Shown here one piece after another: positions 15,296-23,647 of a DNA stretch of 42,439 nucleotides (within the stretch, counting starts at the first letter, position 1; the number at the start of each line of letters is the position of its first letter). The position numbers and the translations under genes are program-made. The stretch is from Planctomycetia bacterium (lineage in GTDB: Bacteria > Planctomycetota > PLA2 > JAEUHO01). Location: contig JAEUHO010000268.1 in assembly GCA_016795345.1 (NCBI GenBank), forward strand, positions 1 to 42,439. Direction: 5' to 3'. The notes under the pieces are model-generated. The model did not search any database, was not told the DNA's origin, and worked only from the letters and a program-made list of their open reading frames with translations.

Positions 15296-16732
15296 GTGGT
15301 GTCGCGACGCGTGATCGTCCTCGGGGTCGTCGGCAGCGCGGTCGCCCTCGCGGCGATCGCGGCCCTGGGACCGCGGCCCCGCTCCGGGGACGCGAGGCCC
15401 GGCCCGGCGCGCTCGCCGCCGGTGCGGGTCGTCGAGACGCCGCCCCTGCCCGACGACCGCGTGGCCCGCGCGCTCGCGCTGGCAGAGCGCGCGACGGGCC
15501 TCGTCATCGACCTCGACGGCCGGCCGGTGGCCGGGGCGCGCGTCGTGGCCCGCCTGCCGGACGGCACGGCCTCCGCGACGACGAGCGATGCGAAGGGCCG
15601 GTTCGCGGTCGCGGTGCCGGGGTCGGAGTCGTTCACCGGCGTGGCCGTCGAGGCGACCGCCGCCGACGGACGCCGCGGCACGCGCCTCGGGTTCCTGCGG
15701 GGGCGTGCGGGGGATTTCCCGGTCGTGGTCGGGGAGCGGCGGACCCTGCGCGTGCGCGTCGTGGACCCGCGCGGGACGCCGGTCGAGGGGGCGCGGGTGA
15801 TGGCCGGCATGCACGGCACAGGGTGGGGGGGCGACCTCGCCGCCGCCGAGTCCGCGCGGGACGGCACGGCCACGCTCGATCTCCTGCGCGTCCCGTCGGG
15901 CACGTGCGTCGTGGGCGCCGAGCACGCGGACGTCGGTCGAGGCGAGAGCCAGGTGCCGGCCGACGCGGCGGACGGGACCGACGTCGAGGTCCGCCTCGAT
16001 CGCCCGCCGGTCCCCTCGTCGCCGCCGCGCGCGGACGTCGACGTGGATATCGCGGGGGTCGTGCTCGAGGCGGGTCGCCCGCTCGCGGGGGCGACGGTGA
16101 GCGCGGCCGGGCCCCGCCCGTTGCCCGAGGTGGTCACCGACGCCGAGGGCCGCTTCCGCTTCCGCGGGCGGGGGGCTCCGCCCAACTCGATCCTCGTCCG
16201 TCGGGCCCATGGCGTGACGACGTGGGCTTCGCTCGAGCGCGGCACCCGCATCGACCTCGAACCGCTCACGGAGCTCGTCGGGCGCGTGCTCGACGACGAC
16301 GGTGCGGGCGTGCCGGGCGTGACGGTCACCGACATGGCCCAGCACACGGTGACCGCGGCGGACGGCGGGTTCCGACTCTGGAGCAGCTACGCGGACGCGG
16401 ACTTGCTCTTCCGCGCGACCGGGTTCCTCGGCGTCAACCAGGGCGTGGGTGCGAGGGAGCCGGTGGTGACGCTCCAGCGCGGCGGCGCGGTTGCGGGATA
16501 CGTGCTCGCGGAAGACGGGACGGGGCTCGACGGCGTCCGCTGGCGCGTCGAGGGCGAGCCGCCGGACCCCAAGTTCGTGACCCGATACGGCGGCTCGTTC
16601 CGCGGGCCGCTGAGCGGCGGCCCGTGGACCTTGGTGTTCGAGGCCGACGGGTACGCGTCGGTGACGGTGCCGGGCGTCGAACCCGACAGCGTCGTGCCGA
16701 CCTTCCGCATGCGCCGCCTCCCGCCCCGCTGA
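15296..16732 (+). CDS. Membrane-anchored protein with carboxypeptidase-regulatory-like (Ig-like beta-sandwich) repeats
   Basis: From ORF 15266..16732(+). The GTG at 15266 lies inside the hairpin repeat, so GTG 15296/15299 (after GGAGGG 15289-15294) are more plausible. The start remains uncertain (15266-15311). There is an N-terminal TM helix VIVLGVVGSAVALAAIAAL. Repeated motifs GLVIDLDGRPVAGARVVARLPDG...TTSDAKGRFAV are typical of CarboxypepD_reg-type domains. Confidence 0.7.
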   Translation: MVSRRVIVLGVVGSAVALAAIAALGPRPRSGDARPGPARSPPVRVVETPPLPDDRVARALALAERATGLVIDLDGRPVAGARVVARLPDGTASATTSDAKGRFAVAVPGSESFTGVAVEATAADGRRGTRLGFLRGRAGDFPVVVGERRTLRVRVVDPRGTPVEGARVMAGMHGTGWGGDLAAAESARDGTATLDLLRVPSGTCVVGAEHADVGRGESQVPADAADGTDVEVRLDRPPVPSSPPRADVDVDIAGVVLEAGRPLAGATVSAAGPRPLPEVVTDAEGRFRFRGRGAPPNSILVRRAHGVTTWASLERGTRIDLEPLTELVGRVLDDDGAGVPGVTVTDMAQHTVTAADGGFRLWSSYADADLLFRATGFLGVNQGVGAREPVVTLQRGGAVAGYVLAEDGTGLDGVRWRVEGEPPDPKFVTRYGGSFRGPLSGGPWTLVFEADGYASVTVPGVEPDSVVPTFRMRRLPPR

Positions 16733-16763
16733 CGCAAGGCCCGCGCGCCGACCCTGGGGAACG

Positions 16764-16794
16764 TGGAACAAAGGGCTACGACCCGTTGTTCCAC
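16764..16794. repeat. Single copy of the hairpin repeat, 3' of the CDS ending at 16732
   Basis: GTGGAACAA-AGGGCTACGACCCG-TTGTTCCAC has perfect 9-bp arms around the conserved GGGCTACGACCC core. Confidence 0.85.
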
Positions 16795-16871
16795 AATCCG
16801 GGGGTGGCCGTTACGGGCGCGTTGCGGACGCGGGGGAGGGGACGCGAGGCCCGCCGGGTATCGTCGCGGGC

Positions 16872-18761
16872 ATGGAACGCCGGGGCCCCGCGATCCGCCT
16901 CCTGCTCGTCGTTGGCGCCCTCGTCGTCGCCTACGCGCTGGTGCTGCTGGTCTACGCCCTGCGGGGGCCCCGCATCGTCTATGTCGACGTCGAGCGTGAG
17001 GCCGCGCGCGGCGAAGGCGGCGCCCGGCCCGGCGAACGCGCGGTCCCGCCGCGGACGGCGGCGGAACCCGAGGACCGCCGCGGGCCGGGCCTTGCGTCCC
17101 CGAACCCCCGAGTTCCTCCCGAGGAGGTGCCGACGGCGGCCGACGCCGAGGCGGTCGTCGCGATGGACGGCGGAAGCGTCGTCGGGTTCGTGACCCCGGT
17201 GCCCCGTGACGGCGAGGCCCGTGCGCTCACGTTCCGGTGGCGCGACGCCAGCGGCGTCCACGACGTCGACGTCGCGCTCCGCCCGGACGGACGGTTCTCC
17301 CTGCGACTGCCCGACGCCGCCCTCGTCGGGAAGCTGACGGCGCGGGTCGGCGAGCACGCCGGATCGATCGGCGTCATGGGCCCTGGGGCCTACGTCGTCG
17401 CGGTTCATCACCGGGTCGCCGCGGTCGTTCGTGTCCTCGATGATCGCGGGGACCCGATCGTGGGCGCGAGCGTGCGAATCAACCCTCGCGACCACGGGGG
17501 CGAGTGGTTGACGACGGCCACAGGGCCCCGCGGCGAGGCCGCGATCGACGTGCGGCCCGGGACCGCGACCCTGGAGGTGTGGGCGATGGGGGCGGCCACG
17601 TCGACGCTGCCGGTCGAGTTCCGTGCGGGCGATCCGCCGATCGAGGTGCGGCTCGAGCGCCCGGTACAGGGCGTCGTGTACGTCGGCACGATCACCGACG
17701 AGCGGGGTCCGGTCACCGGGGCAACGGTGCGGCTCGATTCAGCCTACGGACTCCGATTCGTCGACTTTGACGAAGTGATGGTGGGCGGGCCCCGTCATGC
17801 GAGCGTCGGGCTCGAGGACGCGACGACCTGGGTGGACGGGCTCGACGCCGACGCCGGGGACGGCGTCGCGCGGACCGACGCCGCGGGTCGATTCACGCTG
17901 GCGCCGCTGATGGGTGAGCCACGGACCCTCTGGGTCGAGTTGCCGGACGGGAGCGAGGTCCCGGCGGATGTCGCGTGGGAAGCCGACGCGACCGGCGCGC
18001 GCGAGATGCGCGTGCGCGTGCCCGCGGCGCGGTGGGTCGAGGGCGTGGTTCGTCGCGGCGGCCGGCCCGTCGAGGGGTGGGAGGTCCTGTTCGGGGGGCG
18101 CGGACGGAGCGCCGGCCCCGTTCGGACGGCGGCGGACGGGTCGTTCCGATGCGCGATCCGCGGGGATCGTCGCGGGACGCCGTTCGTCCGCGGGCCCGAC
18201 GGTGAGGAACACCACACCGAGCCGCGGGACGGCCGATGGGAGTTCGACGTGCCGGCCGTCGGTCGGGTGCGGGGGCGTGTGCTCGATCGCGAGGGGCGGC
18301 CGGTCGCCGGCGCGGGCGTCGGCGTGAAGGACGCGCCGGCCGCGCTCCGGGCGACGACGGGTGCCGACGGCGCGTTCGACGTCGAGGTCGCGGTCGGCTC
18401 GGTGCGGTTGACCGCGGTGGCGAACGGGTACGCGCGCGCGACGAGCGCGGCCGTCGTGGTCGAGCCAGATCGGGTCGCGGAGCGCGACGTGCGCGTCGAA
18501 CCCGGTGGCCCGTTGGCCGGCCACGTGACGGACGCGTCGGGCGCGGTCCCGCCGGGGGCGACGGTGCGCGCGATCGGGAACGGGGGCATCCGCTCCGATC
18601 AGCGGGTGAACGTCGGCCCGCGCGGCCTCTGGCGGATCGACGATCTGGCGGGGACGTCGGCCGAGGTGACGATCTCGGCCCCCGGGCACGAATCGGTCGT
18701 GCTCCGGGACGTGAGGCCCGGTCGCCTCCTGCCCCCCGTCGTCCTGCGCCGCGCACCCTGA
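16872..18761 (+). CDS. Membrane-anchored protein with carboxypeptidase-regulatory-like repeats (paralogue of the upstream gene)
   Basis: 629 aa with TM helix IRLLLVVGALVVAYALVLLVYAL. Repeats include GRVRGRVLDREGRPVAGAGVGVKD...TTGADGAFDVEV and PLAGHVTDASGAVPPGATVRAIGNGG. Confidence 0.75.
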   Translation: MERRGPAIRLLLVVGALVVAYALVLLVYALRGPRIVYVDVEREAARGEGGARPGERAVPPRTAAEPEDRRGPGLASPNPRVPPEEVPTAADAEAVVAMDGGSVVGFVTPVPRDGEARALTFRWRDASGVHDVDVALRPDGRFSLRLPDAALVGKLTARVGEHAGSIGVMGPGAYVVAVHHRVAAVVRVLDDRGDPIVGASVRINPRDHGGEWLTTATGPRGEAAIDVRPGTATLEVWAMGAATSTLPVEFRAGDPPIEVRLERPVQGVVYVGTITDERGPVTGATVRLDSAYGLRFVDFDEVMVGGPRHASVGLEDATTWVDGLDADAGDGVARTDAAGRFTLAPLMGEPRTLWVELPDGSEVPADVAWEADATGAREMRVRVPAARWVEGVVRRGGRPVEGWEVLFGGRGRSAGPVRTAADGSFRCAIRGDRRGTPFVRGPDGEEHHTEPRDGRWEFDVPAVGRVRGRVLDREGRPVAGAGVGVKDAPAALRATTGADGAFDVEVAVGSVRLTAVANGYARATSAAVVVEPDRVAERDVRVEPGGPLAGHVTDASGAVPPGATVRAIGNGGIRSDQRVNVGPRGLWRIDDLAGTSAEVTISAPGHESVVLRDVRPGRLLPPVVLRRAP

Positions 18762-18764
18762 GTT

Positions 18765-18853
18765 GGAACAACGGGGCGACGACCCCGTTGTTTCGCGGTG
18801 GACGAGGGGGCCCCCGGTGCGCGTGGGAACGAAGGGCGACGACCCCGTTGCTC
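18765..18853. repeat. Two copies of the hairpin repeat, 3' of the CDS ending at 18761
   Basis: Copy 1 is 18765-18794, GGAACAACGGGG-CGACGA-CCCCGTTGTTTC (stem of 10 or more bp, 6-nt loop). Copy 2 is 18825-18853, GGGAACGAAGGGCGACGACCCCGTTGCTC (degenerate). Confidence 0.85.
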
Positions 18854-18899
18854 GGGGACTTGGGGGAGGGCTGGACCGCGGGGGGGGCGGGGCGATAGG

Positions 18900-18919
18900 A
18901 TTTGAACGTAGGTTCAAAT
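18900..18919. promoter_or_regulatory. Perfect AT-rich palindrome, candidate TetR operator/promoter element
   Basis: ATTTGAAC-GTAG-GTTCAAAT has 8-bp perfect arms and a 4-bp spacer. It lies 19 nt upstream of the likely GTG start (18938) of the TetR gene and is the most AT-rich spot in this part of the window. Confidence 0.55.
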
Positions 18920-18937
18920 TCAGGAAGCCCCCGCGAC

Positions 18938-19543
18938 GTGACGAGCACCGCGACCAGCCGCGAGAAGCCGCCGAAGGGCGAGGCCACCCGCGCGCGGATC
19001 CTCGTCCGGGCGGCCGCGGCGTTCCGCGACCTCGGCTTCCACGACGCCACCATGCGCGACATCGCGGCGGCGGCCGGGATGCAGGTCGGAAACCTGTACT
19101 ACCACTTCTCCGCCGGCAAGTCGGACCTGCTCTACGAGTGCCAGCGCACCGCGCTGAAGCTGCTGCTCGACGGCGCCCGCCGCGTCGAGGCGGGCCCGGG
19201 CACCGCGCCCGAGAAGCTGCGGGCGCTCGTCGCACGGCACATCCACTGCCTGCTCGTCGAGACCGGCGGCAGCGCCGCGCACCTCGAGTTCCGCGCCCTG
19301 CCGCCGGCCCGCCGCGCGTCCATCGCCCGCGGCCGCCGCGCCTACGAGGCCGTGCTGCGCCGCACGCTCGCGCGCGGCGCGAAGGCCGGCGAGCTCCGCC
19401 CCGTCGACGCGAAGCTGGCCGCCCTGGCGCTCCTCGGCGCGCTGAACGGCATCGTGACCTGGTGGCGTCCCGAGGGCGACCGCTCGCCCGAGGCCATCGC
19501 CACGTCGTACGCAGAGACCCTGGTCGGAGGACTGCTCCCATGA
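18938..19543 (+). CDS. TetR/AcrR-family transcriptional regulator
   Basis: The HTH region is ATRARILVRAAAAFRDLGFHDATMRDIAAAAGMQVGNLYYHFSAGKSDLL. The track ORF begins at TTG 18902, but that codon lies inside the palindrome, so in-frame GTG 18938 is preferred. The stop TGA 19541-19543 overlaps the next ATG (ATGA). Confidence 0.85.
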   Translation: MTSTATSREKPPKGEATRARILVRAAAAFRDLGFHDATMRDIAAAAGMQVGNLYYHFSAGKSDLLYECQRTALKLLLDGARRVEAGPGTAPEKLRALVARHIHCLLVETGGSAAHLEFRALPPARRASIARGRRAYEAVLRRTLARGAKAGELRPVDAKLAALALLGALNGIVTWWRPEGDRSPEAIATSYAETLVGGLLP

Positions 19544-20139
19544 GCCCCCACGGCAACGCCGCCGGCAAGCCGGCCGCGCAGAAGCGCGCGAAGAAGGTGA
19601 CGCTCACGCTGCGCGTGAACGGCGAGGACCACGAGGTCCTCTTCGCGCCGCACAAGACGCTCCTCGAGGTGCTCCGCGAGGAGATGGGCCTCACGGGCAC
19701 CAAACACGGCTGCGAGCTCGGCGAGTGCGGCACCTGCACCGTCGTCGTCGACGGCGAGCCCATGCTCTCGTGCCTGATGCTCGCGGTGGAGTGCGACGGC
19801 CGCGAGATCACGACCGTCGAGGGCCTCTCGACCGCGAAGGGCCCGCACCCGCTGCAGGAGGCGTTCGCCGACCTCAACGCCGCCCAGTGCGGCTACTGCA
19901 CGCCGGGCTTCCTCTGCGCGAGCAAGGCCCTCCTCGACCGCAACCCCTCGCCGACGCGCGAGCAGATCCGCGACGACCTCGCGGGCAACCTTTGCCGCTG
20001 CACGGGCTACGCGAAGATCTTCGAGGCGGTCGAGCGCGCCGCCGCCGTGATGCGCGGCGAGCCGGTGCCGCCGCCGCCCGGCAACGAGGACCTCGGCGGG
20101 GCCGCGCCCGCGCAGGGGGAGGTGACCCGTGGCGCCTGA
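19540..20139 (+). CDS. [2Fe-2S]-binding small subunit of a xanthine-dehydrogenase/CO-dehydrogenase-family enzyme (HcrC/CoxS-like)
   Basis: In the frame of ORF 18763..20139, ATG at 19540 follows GGAGG (19526-19530). Two cluster motifs are present: GCELGECGTCTVVVDGEPMLSC and QCGYCTPGF...NLCRCTGY. Confidence 0.92.
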   Translation: MSPHGNAAGKPAAQKRAKKVTLTLRVNGEDHEVLFAPHKTLLEVLREEMGLTGTKHGCELGECGTCTVVVDGEPMLSCLMLAVECDGREITTVEGLSTAKGPHPLQEAFADLNAAQCGYCTPGFLCASKALLDRNPSPTREQIRDDLAGNLCRCTGYAKIFEAVERAAAVMRGEPVPPPPGNEDLGGAAPAQGEVTRGA

Positions 20140-22564
20140 CCCGAAGCAGCCCCCGTTCAAGACCGTCGGCAAGTCGCCCCGCAAGGTGGACGGCATGGCG
20201 AAGGTCACCGGCGCGACGAAGTTCGCCGACGACCTCTCGATGCCGCGGATGCTGCACTGCAAGCTGCACCGCAGCCACGTCGCGCACGCCAAGATCCTCG
20301 CCATCGACACGTCCGAGGCCGAGGCGATGCCCGGCGTCGTCGCGGTCATCACCGGCAAGACGATGCCGATCCCGTTCGGCATCCTCCCCGTCTCGCAGGA
20401 CGAGCACGCGCTGTGCGTCGACCTGGTCCGGTTCGTCGGCGACCCCGTCGCCGCCGTGGCCGCGGTGGACGAGGAGACCGCCTTCGAGGCGGCGCTGAAG
20501 ATCAAGGTCACCTACGAGCCCCGCAAGCCGATCTTCTCGGCCGAGGCGGCCCTCGAGAACCCCGAGCCGCGGCTCCACGAGTACGGCGACGAGGGCAACG
20601 TCCACAAGAAGATCTCGATGGAGTTCGGCGACGTCGAGCAGGGCTTCGCCGAGGCCGACGAGGTCTTCGAGGACACCTTCTTCTTCGAGGGCAACACCCA
20701 CCTGCCCATGGAGCAGCACGCGACGCTGGCCTGGCGCGACCCCGACGGGAAGCTGACCGTCTGGTCGTCCACGCAGACGCCGCACTACCTCCACCGCGCC
20801 ATGAGCAAGGTGCTCGAGATGCCGCCCTCGCGCGTGCGCATCGTCGCGTGCCCGAACGGCGGCGGCTTCGGCGGCAAGAGCGACCCGTTCAACCACGAGA
20901 TCGTCGTCGGCAAGCTCGCCATGCTGACGAACCGGCCCGTGAAGATCGCGCTCACCCGCGAGGAGGTCTTCTACTGCCACCGCGGCCGTCACCCCGTCCT
21001 CATGCACTTCAAGACGGGCGTCAAGAAGGACGGCTCCATCACGTCGATGGCGTGCAAGACGCTGCTCGACGGCGGGGCCTACGGCTCGTACGGCGTCGCG
21101 TCGACCTACTACACGGGCGCGCTCCAGACCGTCACCTACAAGGTGCCGCACTACCGCTTCGACGGCGTGCGCTGCTTCACCAACAAGCCGCCGTGCGGCC
21201 CGAAGCGCGGCCACGGCACGCCCCAGCCGCGGTTCGGCCTCGAGGTGCAGCTCGACAAGATCGCCGACCGCCTGGGCCTTGACCCGGCCGAGATGCGCCT
21301 GCGCACGCTGCAGCCGGCGAACTCGGTCACCGCGAACTACCTGAAGATCGGCTCCATGGGCCTCGGCGAGTGCATCCGGAAGGTCGTGGAGGCCTCCGGG
21401 TGGAAGGACAAGCGCGGGAAGCTGCCGCGCGGCCGCGGCGTGGGCCTCGCGTGCTCGTCGTACATCAGCGGCGCGGGCCTCCCCATCTACTGGAACGCAC
21501 TGCCGCACTCCGGCGTGCAGCTCAAGATCGACCGCGGCGGCGGCGTCACCGTCTTCTGCGGCGAGACCGAGATCGGCCAGGGCTCCGACACCGTGCTGGC
21601 GCTGTGCGTGGCCGAGGTGCTCGGCCTCGACCTGCTCGACCTGCGCGTCGTCGTCGCCGACACCGACCTCACGCCCGTGGACCTCGGCTCGTACAGCAGC
21701 CGTGTCACCATGATGATGGGCAACGCGGCCGTCCAGGCCGCGGAGCGGGCCCGCGAGCTGATCGCGAAGGCCGTCAGCGAGAAGACGAAGGTCCCCGTCG
21801 CGCAGCTCGAGTTCGCCGCCGGGCGCGTCTTCGACGTGTCGGACCCCACGGGCAAGACGTCGATGTCGTTCGCCGAGGCCGCGGTGATCGCCGAGGCCAA
21901 GTGGGGGACGCTGGGCACCGTCGGCTCGTACACGCCGCCGCCGTCGCCGGGCCGTTACCGCGGCGCGGGCGTCGGCCCGTCGCCCGCCTACTCGTACTCC
22001 GCGGCCGTCGTGGAGGTCGAGGCGAGCGAGGACACCGGCATGGTGCAGGTGAAGAAGGTCTGGGTGGCGCACGACATCGGCCGCGCGCTGCACAAGGCCA
22101 TGACCATCGGCCAGGTCGAGGGCGGGGTCTACATGGGCCTCGGCGAGGCGCTCATGGAGGAGATGACGTACCGGGGCAACCGGTTCGGCGTCCACAAGTT
22201 CCCGTCGATGCTCGAGTACAAGTCGCTCACGACGATGGAGATGCCGGAGGTCGAGACGTTCCTCGTCGAGGACCCCGACCCCAACGGCCCGTTCGGCGCG
22301 AAGGAGGTGGGCCAGGGCCCGCTCCTCCCGATGATGCCGGCGGTCGCCAACGCCGTGTACGACGCGCTCGGCGTCCGCGTCGACGAGATCCCGGTGTCGC
22401 CCGAGAAGGTGCTGCGGGCGCTCGCGGCCAAGGACCGCCGGTACGGCCCGAAGGGCTTCCCGGTGATCCCGATGCCGCCGGTCACGAAGGTGCTGACGCC
22501 CGCGCAGGGCGGCACCGGCCGCGCGACGGAGCACGAGACGCAGGCGGGAGGGGTCCGGTCATGA
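20129..22564 (+). CDS. Molybdopterin-binding large subunit of a xanthine-dehydrogenase-family hydroxylase/reductase (HcrA/CoxL-like)
   Basis: 811 aa, GTG start after GGAGG (20118-20122). The N-terminus is VGKSPRKVDGMAKVTGATKFADDL...LHCKLHRSHVAHAKI. Typical aldehyde-oxidase/XDH a/b-hammerhead and Mo-binding domain sequence follows (GGGFGGKSD, ETEIGQGSDTV, FGAKEVGQGPL). Confidence 0.92.
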   Translation: MAPDPKQPPFKTVGKSPRKVDGMAKVTGATKFADDLSMPRMLHCKLHRSHVAHAKILAIDTSEAEAMPGVVAVITGKTMPIPFGILPVSQDEHALCVDLVRFVGDPVAAVAAVDEETAFEAALKIKVTYEPRKPIFSAEAALENPEPRLHEYGDEGNVHKKISMEFGDVEQGFAEADEVFEDTFFFEGNTHLPMEQHATLAWRDPDGKLTVWSSTQTPHYLHRAMSKVLEMPPSRVRIVACPNGGGFGGKSDPFNHEIVVGKLAMLTNRPVKIALTREEVFYCHRGRHPVLMHFKTGVKKDGSITSMACKTLLDGGAYGSYGVASTYYTGALQTVTYKVPHYRFDGVRCFTNKPPCGPKRGHGTPQPRFGLEVQLDKIADRLGLDPAEMRLRTLQPANSVTANYLKIGSMGLGECIRKVVEASGWKDKRGKLPRGRGVGLACSSYISGAGLPIYWNALPHSGVQLKIDRGGGVTVFCGETEIGQGSDTVLALCVAEVLGLDLLDLRVVVADTDLTPVDLGSYSSRVTMMMGNAAVQAAERARELIAKAVSEKTKVPVAQLEFAAGRVFDVSDPTGKTSMSFAEAAVIAEAKWGTLGTVGSYTPPPSPGRYRGAGVGPSPAYSYSAAVVEVEASEDTGMVQVKKVWVAHDIGRALHKAMTIGQVEGGVYMGLGEALMEEMTYRGNRFGVHKFPSMLEYKSLTTMEMPEVETFLVEDPDPNGPFGAKEVGQGPLLPMMPAVANAVYDALGVRVDEIPVSPEKVLRALAAKDRRYGPKGFPVIPMPPVTKVLTPAQGGTGRATEHETQAGGVRS

Positions 22565-23538
22565 TGCGGCTTCCGGCGTTCAAGTACCTCGCGCCCCACT
22601 CCGTGGCCGAGACCGTCCTCATGCTCTCGAGCGAGGGCCCGGGCGCGACCGTCGTCGCGGGCGGGACCGACCTCTACCCCAACATGAAGCGGCGTCACCA
22701 GGTGCCGAAGACCGTCGTCTCGCTGCGGCGCGTCGCGGACCTCCGCGGCACCCACGCGGGCGCCGACGGCTCGCTCCGCATCGGCGCGAGCACCACGCTC
22801 ATGGCCCTCGAGCGCGACGCCCGCCTCAAGGCCGAGCGTCCCGCGCTGTGGGCCGCCGTCCGCTCCATCAGCACGCCCGTGCTCCGCACCATGGGCACCA
22901 TCGGCGGCAACGTCCTCCTCGACACGCGCTGCAACTACTACGACCAGAACCTCGAGTGGCGCCGCGCGATCAACAACTGCCTCAAGTGCGAGGGCGACAC
23001 CTGCTGGACCGCGCCGGGCAGCGACCGCTGCTGGGCCGTCAACAGCAGCGACTCCGTCCCCGTGCTCATCGCGCTCGGCGCCCGCGCGCGCCTCTCGAGC
23101 CCGCGCGGCCACCGCGAGGTGCCCGTCGAGTCGCTCTACCGCGACGACGGCATCTCCTACCTGACGAAGGACCACGACGAGGTCCTGACCGAGCTCGTCC
23201 TGCCGCCGGTGGGGCCCTGGAAGAGCCACTACGGCAAGCTCCGCCGCCGCGGCACCTTCGACTTCCCGGTCCTGGGCGTCGCGACCGCGCTCCGCTTCGA
23301 CGGCGACCGCGTGGCCGAGGCGCGCATCGTCCTGAACGGCGTGGGTTCCTCTCCGCTGCGGTGCACCGAGGCCGAGGGCTTCCTCCTGGGCAAGCGCATC
23401 GACCCCGAGACCGCGAAGGCGGCCGGCGAGATCGCCTTCCGCCCCGCGAAGCCGCTCGACAACACCGACTTCGAGAACGCCTGGCGCAAGAAGATGGTCA
23501 AGGTCTATGTTCGCGACGGCCTTCTCGCCGCCAAGTAG
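22561..23538 (+). CDS. FAD-binding medium subunit (HcrB/CoxM-like) with an extra Cys-rich insert
   Basis: ATG 22561 overlaps the upstream TGA (ATGA). The FAD-binding motif is VVAGGTDLYPNMK. The insert is CNYYDQNLEWRRAINNCLKCEGDTCWTAPGSDRCWAV (Cys124/140/143/148/157). Confidence 0.9.
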   Translation: MMRLPAFKYLAPHSVAETVLMLSSEGPGATVVAGGTDLYPNMKRRHQVPKTVVSLRRVADLRGTHAGADGSLRIGASTTLMALERDARLKAERPALWAAVRSISTPVLRTMGTIGGNVLLDTRCNYYDQNLEWRRAINNCLKCEGDTCWTAPGSDRCWAVNSSDSVPVLIALGARARLSSPRGHREVPVESLYRDDGISYLTKDHDEVLTELVLPPVGPWKSHYGKLRRRGTFDFPVLGVATALRFDGDRVAEARIVLNGVGSSPLRCTEAEGFLLGKRIDPETAKAAGEIAFRPAKPLDNTDFENAWRKKMVKVYVRDGLLAAK

Positions 23539-23539
23539 G

Positions 23540-23647
23540 GCGACCGAAGGGCGGGCGGGCCGAGACTTCGCGACTGCGGGGCTAGCGTACGCAAGGAGTA
23601 CGCGTCGCCCCGCATTCGCTCGTGCGGCCCGGCCGCCCTTCGGTCGC
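23540..23647. repeat. 108-bp near-perfect palindromic element (long hairpin) immediately 3' of the FAD-subunit gene
   Basis: Outer arms are GCGACCGAAGGGCGGGCGGGCCG (23540-23562) and CGGCCCGGCCGCCCTTCGGTCGC (23625-23647), matching 22/23. Inner arms are GCGACTGCGGGGC / GCCCCGCATTCGC, and the apical stem is GCGTAC-GCAAGGA-GTACGC. A partial direct copy of the right arm (TCGCTCGTGCGGC...CTTCGGTCGC) recurs at about 23666-23700. Confidence 0.85.
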
